Positions 46,261 to 53,979 of a stretch of 53,979 bases of DNA are shown one piece after another (positions within the stretch are counted from its first letter, which is position 1; every line of letters begins with the position of its first letter). The notes under the pieces were generated by a model. It saw only the letters and a program-made list of their open reading frames with translations, searched no databases and had not been told where the DNA came from. The DNA is taken from contig QPGO01000126.1 in NCBI GenBank assembly GCA_008632985.1, positions 186,001-239,979 of the forward strand, read 5' to 3'. The translations under genes and the position numbers were made by a program. The stretch comes from Psammoneis japonica. Lineage: Eukaryota.

Positions 46261-46757
46261 TATTTGGCATTCACACATCAGGGGTGAACACACTGAAGCT
46301 TTCGCCAAAATTGAAGTCGCATTTCGTAGACAGTTCAGTAAAAGTATACCTTGTTTCATCGTGAAAAAGAAAAGATCATAGTCATCGCAGCTGAAGGGAA
46401 ATGGGAAATGCTGTTGTCGCCACACAACTGTACAAGCCTGTCACATTATACCTTTTTTCGAGGAAACTTGATGTATCTAGAATTATCAAAGAAAAAGAAC
46501 TGGACAATGGCTAGACCAAAAAAAAACGTTGGCCATCAAACGTATTTTGAATGCCTATATGCCTTTTTAGAGTAAACGTGGACAAGCATTGCTACTCGTG
46601 AATATGGACGTACGGTGTAAAGCATATCACGAGAAGTTGAATCAGTCGGTGCTAAACTGAGTCTCGATTAAATGAACGAGCCATCAACTACCGTCATACC
46701 TCAGGCTCCATTCCGCACAACCATATATTCTCAAAAACGGGCAATGCCCAACATTCT

Positions 46758-47495
46758 TTAGCCTGTAAACCACGGTTCATCATCGACTGGTTTTGGATTT
46801 TCCTTGGGAAGCCACGGTTCATTGGGTGTGCCCCCACTAAAGAATTCACGAAAGTTCCGTTTTCGTTCTTCCACAATGCGTCGTTCCCTTTGTTCTTCAA
46901 TCGTCTCTTGTTTTTCAACTTTCTTCTTGTCCGCGGGTCGCATGGTTTCTGGATTGTACACTACATTTTTGAATTCGGCATCCCAATCAATTTCTTCTTC
47001 TTCTTCTTCTACTTTTTGATTGAGTGTCAATCGTTGCGCCGTGCTGATGCAGGTCCACGCTTCCGTCACATCGCCCTTGCACGCTTCGAGCGCCCACGCG
47101 GCATCTTTGACATGGCAATTGGTTTTTACCACCAGAGTTTGGACTTTGCGATCCGTTTGCTCGAAATAACAGTCGACACCACTCTCTAACGAACGCGACA
47201 ATTGCGGCAAGTATCCGTTTTTCTCCGTGCCGTCGGGTTGCATTTCAAACAAACGAATCGATGAAGAAGGAATTGATTCTTCATCATCAACAGAGTCATT
47301 CTCATTCTCGTTAGTATTTTGTTTCCGAGGTCGTGGTGGAAGCGGTTCGTCGTAAAGACCCATGAGCGGCACCTTCTTGTTGTTGTGCAGAGCACCCCGC
47401 GCGTTTCTGACAAGAGTCCCAACGACAAAAGCAGAGCTGGAACCTGCTAAACTGACACCAGCGCACATCATACAACTCACAGTTAAAGTCCTCAT
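46758..47495 (-). CDS. 245-aa plastid-targeted protein with a UBA/EF-Ts-N-like helical motif
   Basis: Signal peptide ending SSSA-FVV (ASAF-type). VQTLVVKTNCHVKDAAWALEACKGDVTEAW resembles UBA-like three-helix bundles. Confidence 0.75.
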   Translation of the reverse strand: MRTLTVSCMMCAGVSLAGSSSAFVVGTLVRNARGALHNNKKVPLMGLYDEPLPPRPRKQNTNENENDSVDDEESIPSSSIRLFEMQPDGTEKNGYLPQLSRSLESGVDCYFEQTDRKVQTLVVKTNCHVKDAAWALEACKGDVTEAWTCISTAQRLTLNQKVEEEEEEIDWDAEFKNVVYNPETMRPADKKKVEKQETIEEQRERRIVEERKRNFREFFSGGTPNEPWLPKENPKPVDDEPWFTG

Positions 47496-48050
47496 GATGC
47501 TGTTCAAGGAAAAGAAAAGATAAGAGATCCCACAAGCAGAGCGTAACAGCAACAGAAGCAACGCACATTCAACATCGTCTTTTCGAAATTTTCTGGTTTC
47601 CCACTTTCTCACGAGGTCTTTTTTCTGGAACTCGCGAGGGAGGCAACGTGGCGCGCGAGAAGAGGTGAGTCAAAGCCGATAGAATTCCGATGACGTAGAA
47701 ATACGTAGAAAGTGCACTGAAACGGCCGTCGACAAACCAACTCAGCTACTCCGACCCTCACTTTTGTTCTGTTGAACTAAACTTCGCGAGTTTTGTTGGC
47801 AGAATTATCTGTTGTATACTGTTGTGTTGTTGGTGTCGTTATATGAGAGTGATGGCGACATATGATTCAACGTAAGATTGCAGTTGTGGCTGTTGATGAG
47901 CCATGTGTTGGTTGCTCTGATTTCTCTGATACAATCATCGATACAATCAGTGCTTCACGTTGTTGTTCTGTTGCATAACGGCTCATCCTTACGTTTCTGT
48001 TCTGTAAATTCCAATGCGCTGCTTTTCAAAAGAATATATAGCGCAACATC

Positions 48051-49743
48051 ATGAAGCTCTTTTCAGTTTTATGCTCAAGTCTTTTACTGCTACTTCTCTC
48101 AAACATCATGAAAACTGACGCCAAGAAGTTCCGTCCAAACCATGGCCGCGTGCAGAGTGCCTTTGCACCGAGTCGCGGAGGTGCAGCAGCTACACGCAAA
48201 AAGACTGCGTCCTCCATGACAATGTCAAGTACCGTGTTGCGTCCCACGTCGTTTCAAAACCGGAAACATGTTGTACAAAAAGAATTAGTTCACGTCCTTC
48301 ACAGAGACAATGCTAAGGCAGCCGCAGCAGTAGTTCCCAAGAAGAAGGAAACCAAAACGTTTGCCATGCCTCGCAAGTTGGACTTGGCAATCTCCATGTG
48401 TTATCTCTGTACTGCTATAGTCTTTACTCTACCGGTATTGTTTATCCCCATGGTGGCGGCCGAACGGCCGGGTGGAATCAATGTGGGTGGCTTTTGCGCC
48501 ACGGTTGCTTCGGTCGCGTCCTTGGGAGGAGCTGTGGGCAAGTTTCTGAATGGATTTGTCTGCCAGTTTGCGGGCGGACGAATGTCGGGTGGATTGTATC
48601 TGTGTGGACTGGCATCCTTTATCGGGTTACTTTCCACTTCCAGCAATACATTGAGTGCCGGTGCAATTGGTTTGATTGTGGCTGGAATGGAATTTGTTGT
48701 AGCATCCAGTGGGTAGCGTGTACCGTGGTGTTGGCCAATCATTACGAACAGCATCCCGAACGATTTGCTGCCGGCATTACAGCACTCAGTCTTGCCAGTA
48801 CAGGCGGAACACTCGTGACCAAAATTGTAGGCACCGCCATGTTGCAACGATATGATTGGCGCCGCGTGGCACAGTTTGGATCCGTCGTGGCGCTCATGGG
48901 TGCCTTGTGTTTTAAAACAATCGTCAAGGAATACCCGTCATCCATGAAACCCAGCAAGATTGCAAAGTTACAAAAGAACAAAATGGACATGAAAGAAATT
49001 GGCACTTCGCTCAAGGAGGTTGTAACGAGTCCTCTCTTTTGGCAAGTGGGATTCGCCCATGCCATGTCCTTTATTGCGAGAACCAGTGATAAAGTGTTGG
49101 GATCATTCTTTTCGGACGCTACAAATTTACCACGTAAGAAAAGATTACTGCTTTCTTTGCTAGGGTACCTCTTTGAATATTAACTTACGTTCTTCCTTGC
49201 ACTCTCTTTGTTTCAGGGTATATTTGCGGTGGTCTCACAGCGTCTGTCACACTTGGATTTATGCATGGTCTTTCGACGGGAAGTGCATTTCACAAACTAA
49301 AGGATGTTGCTTCACAGTCGAGGCTATTGACAAGACGTTATGTCGCATCCGTACTGTCCGCATTAACTTTGGCTCTCTGTGCCAACCAGTCGGTCAATGC
49401 CATGTTTACCAACAAGACACTCTTGGCCGGAGTCGTCGCTTTGGCATCAGGAGCCATGGCATCCTCGCTGTCGTTTCAATTTTATCACTTGCCAGCAACC
49501 GTCTCCAAGGGATTTGGAAACAACAAGGCAGTTTGCTTGTCATTTTTGGATGGAATGGGTTGGATCTTGTCGGCACCCATTTGGGCCCTGACAAGCAAGA
49601 TTGTTACGCATCCCGGTCTTGGCTCGCACGGATGGAGTGTTGCCTTTGGTATGCTTGCCTTGTGCTTTGCGGTAGGAGGCAAAATCATGATGAATGCCAT
49701 TCCACCTGTACTCAAGAAAGAAAAGGCCAATACGAGCGCATAA
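48051..49743 (+). CDS. Major facilitator superfamily transporter with an apparent 1-nt frameshift near 48695 and intron 49134-49216
   Basis: Multiple TM helices, GAVGKFLNGFVCQFAGGR (MFS motif A-like) and YDWRRV. The GT-AG intron keeps the frame. The frames of ORFs 48051 and 48398 join at GMEF/CSIQW. Confidence 0.8.
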
Positions 49744-50186
49744 AAGAAACATATTACGCGCTGAAACTGTCTGAATGACAAGTTCTCTTAAGCTATCTAT
49801 GGATTGCAGCTCTCTGTTGACACACGCCAGGCGATCTCACGACTACTGCACATCATCAAACACCTCGAGCATTGCCTTTGGTAAACACGGGCTCTCCGGA
49901 CAATCCAACCTGCATAACAATTTACTCTATATAGGAATTCAATGTGTACGATGACCTCCTTTGATTATGAAGCGAGCTGATGCTCCGGTAACAGTACAGC
50001 GGCATTGTTGAATTCATGGGCGCGCCTCTCAGCGCGCAAGAATCGAAGGCAAGGCGTTTAGAAACCGATCGAGACCATTTCATCGATCTTCACCTTGACT
50101 GCGCACCAACCACAATTTGTCATTTTGAACTGGTTGTTCGGCAGCCATGACGCTAGAGTTGAACTCACATCATGGTGCAAAGCACA

Positions 50187-51384
50187 CTAGCAAAATTGTA
50201 ACGACTTCCCATTGTCAGTTACAACGTATGTGTACAACAGCGGCACTGGATTTCGAACTTGTTTGCTGTTTTCATGATCCCAAATGGGACCAAGTTGATC
50301 TTCTTCCACCGCAACTTCACCATTGTCGGCTCCAATTTCAACTAGTTTTTCATACAGCGCTTCATCGTAGTCTACCTGTTCTACAGGTAAAACTTCAATC
50401 TGGTGCTGGACCGCAAGCAACTTTTGCACAATGGCAGAGATTGTTTTCTTGTCCTGCGGCATCTCATCCCACGAACCCTCGCGTTCGGCATTAGCAAACG
50501 CCTTGGCTGATTCAATGTGCTCTTCCGTGACGTCGTCGTCACATCTGCGACGAAAACGGTGTTCTGCCATGGTCCACTGGGATTCCGATCCTAGAGACGA
50601 ATGGTTAAAGACCACGGAAAGCACACCGTCGTCCCCTGGGACGATGCGGCATTTGCCTGATGGTGATGCTTGCCTCTGGCATTGGGACCATGACAGTGAG
50701 GCTCATACGGCTTTTTAGCACAGTCCAAAAACATGTGAAAGGACTCTTGCCTGCTCTTTGCCGGATACAATCGACGATGAAACCTTTGTCGCCTGGAAAG
50801 AACGGTGTCCAGGGATTCCAGTCAGCACGACCCACAAAGTAGAATTCATTCGGATCAATGAACGGATTCACGCCTTGTCCTTCATCATGTTGGATGACTG
50901 GTGGCTTCTTGACAACGGGCACTTCGTCTGCACCTTGACCTCCCAACATTGTGGTGATGCACCGTGCATGACAGCCTCTACAAAACACCTTGCGTGGCTG
51001 GTTGTGGGGTGTTTTGTTGGCCTCAAGCCGCGTGGAACGGCATTTCTGCCTTTCCATCGCTGCAGTGCTGCAGCTCAAACCAGGCACAGCTTCTGACATT
51101 TCTGCCTTGACCTTGATCTTGGCTGGTGCAGGGATGTCTTCTTGTTCGTCATCTTGCGCTGGAGATTGCGAAACAACAGGAGCAGGTGCAATCCCCGCAT
51201 CCTCGTTTTCGGCCTTGACAGGAGTGATGATGCTGGCGTTGTCGTCGCCTTCTTGTTTCGTTTCAGATTTCACGGCTGCCGCTGCGGGGTGTTGTCTGCA
51301 GTGGAGAGATGCATCGTGTTCGTTTTCGTGGCGGTAGCTCGTCGAGAACATTTTCTCATTGAACCACCTCTTCGTTTCCGTCAC
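50187..51384 (-). pseudogene. Frameshifted hypothetical gene, 3' end TpA-normal and 5' part TpA-depleted
   Basis: ORFs 50605-51384 and 50187-50624 read as parts of one acidic protein. Tyr is kept mainly in the distal part. Confidence 0.45.
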
Positions 51385-53979
51385 TCCATTTTACCGTGCA
51401 TGAAACTTCGTCTTGGGCCACCAGAGCCACCGGGAAATGCTCGACGGCATCATCCTGTCTGGCCCAGACATTGCGCGGCACTGCTGCGGATGTCATGATG
51501 CTTCGCTGATGTGCTCTTGCTCTTTCGAAGAATGAAAATTCACAACATTGAACATGATCAATGATTGCAGCACCGGCGAGACGATCATTGGACACAGGGA
51601 AGATTCAAGATGTTGGAGCTCGCACAAACGCTTTCAGTTGATCAAATGGGGGACTGCTGCAGAGCCTGGTGTGAATTTGCGCACATGCTTCACCGTGTTG
51701 TAAAATTGACAGCACGACGAAAGCACGGTGGAAAGCCACAACTGCTTCTGACCACATTTGACAATTGGAAGAATGCTCTGCACAATGACAGTTGTCCTTT
51801 GACATGTCTGACAACAAGTTGCGCTCTGGCAGTTCGATGTCGGAACAGAAGTCATTCGTCGACCACAGCTCTGTAAAGCATCGCTAGATAATTGCCAGCG
51901 ATTTGTGCTGCAATTTGGCGAGTGATTTCCCGTGCTTCACCGTGGTGAACTTGTGAATTGTCCAAAACAGTCCTTTTAACAAATTTCGGAACGAAAGTTT
52001 CTGTGTGCATGAGAAAAATGCATCTGGGACAAGCTGGGTAACGTCACTTTCCTTCCAAACATCATTTGGACGTTCTCCGCCACTTGCCTTTGTCATCGTG
52101 CTTTCACCACGTGATTTTGATTTACAACACGGTGAAGCACGGTGCGTAGAATTCTACGCTCTTTGAGCACCGCAGTCCCCCACTTGCCCGATTTCGAAAA
52201 ACTGAAAGCGTTTTTTATGAAAAAGATCGCGGCGATCTTTTCAGTGCATGCAGCGAGAAATGCTGGGACGGGCAAAGTTCCACCCGGGGGTTGAGAAGAC
52301 AGACACTCCAACACACACAGATCAACATCGGCTGTCGTCTCGCGTCTGCTTTTTCGGCACGATCATGGCACGATGATGGTTGCTTGCGGCATGTCATTTG
52401 CTCTCATGCTGATTGCCTTGGTTGCTGATTCTGCCATTGCAAGGGACTTTGCGATTCCTCAGATGTCCGCAAGCAATTTTTTGGTGGAACATGGTTTTCA
52501 TTTCCCATCTCACGATTCTCACGAGAGTCTTTTGTCTGAAACTTGGCACTGAAGCTGGCAATCAGCACCGGCGAAGCAAACCGAGGAGCCTTGGAGCCAC
52601 ACTTGAAATGGGAAGCGAGCAAATCAAGTGGAGAACTCGATTTAGAGGCATGCCATTGTGGGATGCGTTTCAATCTTGCTTTGTTCTTTCGCCGCGCTCA
52701 CTTTTTTCACACTTTCGTTTGCAGGCCGGTTTGGATGTTCGCGTTGAAAACTTTGAAACCATGCCATGCAGTGTTTGGGGGAGAACAAAACGATTGTCGT
52801 CGCCTTCTTGTTTCGTTTCAGATTTCACGGCCACCGCTGCGGGTGTTGTCTGCAGTGGAGAGATGCGTCGTGTTCGTTTTCGTGGCGGCAGCTCGTCGAG
52901 AACATTTTCTCATTGAACCACCTCTTCGTTTCCGTCACTCCATTTCACCGTGCATGAAACTTCGTCTTGGGCCACCAGAACCGCCGGGAAATGCTCGACG
53001 GCATCATCCTGTCTGGCCCAGACATTGCGCGGCACTGCTGCGGATGTCATGATGCTTCGCTGATGTGCTCTTGCTCTTTCGAAGAATGAAAATTCACAAC
53101 ATTGAACATGATCAATGATTGCAGCACCGGCGAGATGATCATCAGACACAGGGAAGATTCAAGATGTTGGAGCTCGCATGAACGCTTTCAGTTGATCAAA
53201 TGGGGGACTGCTGTAGAACCTGGTATGAATTTACGTACATGCTTCACCGTGTCACAAAATTGACAGCACGACGAAAGCACGGTGGAAAGCCACAACTGCT
53301 TCTGACCACATTTGACAATTGGAAGAATGCTCCACATGATGACAGTTGTCCTTTGACATGTCTGACAACAAGTTACGCTCTAGCAGTTCGATGTCGGAAT
53401 AGAAGTCATTCGTTGATTACAGCTCTATAAAGCATCGCTAGACAATTGCCAGCGATTTGCGCGGCAATTTGGCGAGCAATTTCCCGTGCTTCACCGTGGT
53501 GAACTTGTGAATTGTCCAAAACAGTCCTTTTAACAAATTTCGGAACGAAAGTTTCTATATACATGAGAAAAATGTATCTAGGACAAGCTAGATAACGTTA
53601 CTTTCCTTCCAAATGTCATTTGGACGTTCTCCGCCACTTGCCTTTGTCATCGTGCTTTCACCACGTGATTTTGATTTACAACACGGTGAAGCACGGTGCG
53701 TAGAATTCTACGCTCTTTGAGTACCGCAGTCCCCCACTTGCCCGATTTCGAAAAACTGAAAGCGTTTTTTATGAAAAAGATCGCGGCGATCTTTTCAGTG
53801 CATGCAGCGAGAAATACTGGGACGGGCAAAGTTCCACCCGGGGGTTGAGAAGACAGACACTCCAACACACACAGATCAACATCGGCTATCGTCTCGCGTC
53901 TACTTTTTCGGCACGATCATGGCACGATGATGGTTGCTTGCGGCATGTTATTTGCTCTTTTACTGATTGCCTTGGTTAC
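51239..53979. repeat. Tandem duplication, period about 1554 bp (51239 to about 52425 vs 52794 to the window end)
   Basis: ORF pairs 51356/52910 and 52093/53647 are offset by exactly 1554 bp. The copies differ mostly at TpA. Confidence 0.93.

Noticed and set aside
1..53979. CRISPR arrays, rRNA/tRNA genes, prokaryotic operons, alternative genetic code
   Set aside because: I saw no regularly spaced repeats or RNA-gene signatures. Host genes have spliceosomal introns, normal Tyr usage and all three standard stop codons.

Overview
This is eukaryotic nuclear DNA, most likely from a diatom (inferred from ASAF-type plastid-targeting presequences, 83-107 nt GT-AG introns, a nuclear SDHB and diatom-type Copia/Gypsy elements). 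Ordinary gene islands (class I heme peroxidase, FAD monooxygenase, SDHB, CobW GTPase, MFS transporter, a repeat surface protein, several small proteins) alternate with sharply bounded repeat blocks that have lost almost every TpA dinucleotide. The main observation is an apparent repeat-targeted hypermutation system. Paired copies inside the window (two LTR pairs, three MITE copies, a 1.55-kb tandem duplication) differ almost only by TA->TG or TA->CA, i.e. A->G at 5'-TpA on either strand. Conserved Tyr codons of a Gypsy pol now read Cys or His, which fixes the direction as the reverse of fungal RIP. The central block is a nest: an Academ-like TIR transposon (19738-32020) contains a short-LTR retroelement, three copies of a 4-bp-TSD MITE, and a full-length Gypsy element inserted into one of the MITEs. 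All counts are manual, and no enzyme that could cause the mutation is visible in the window.
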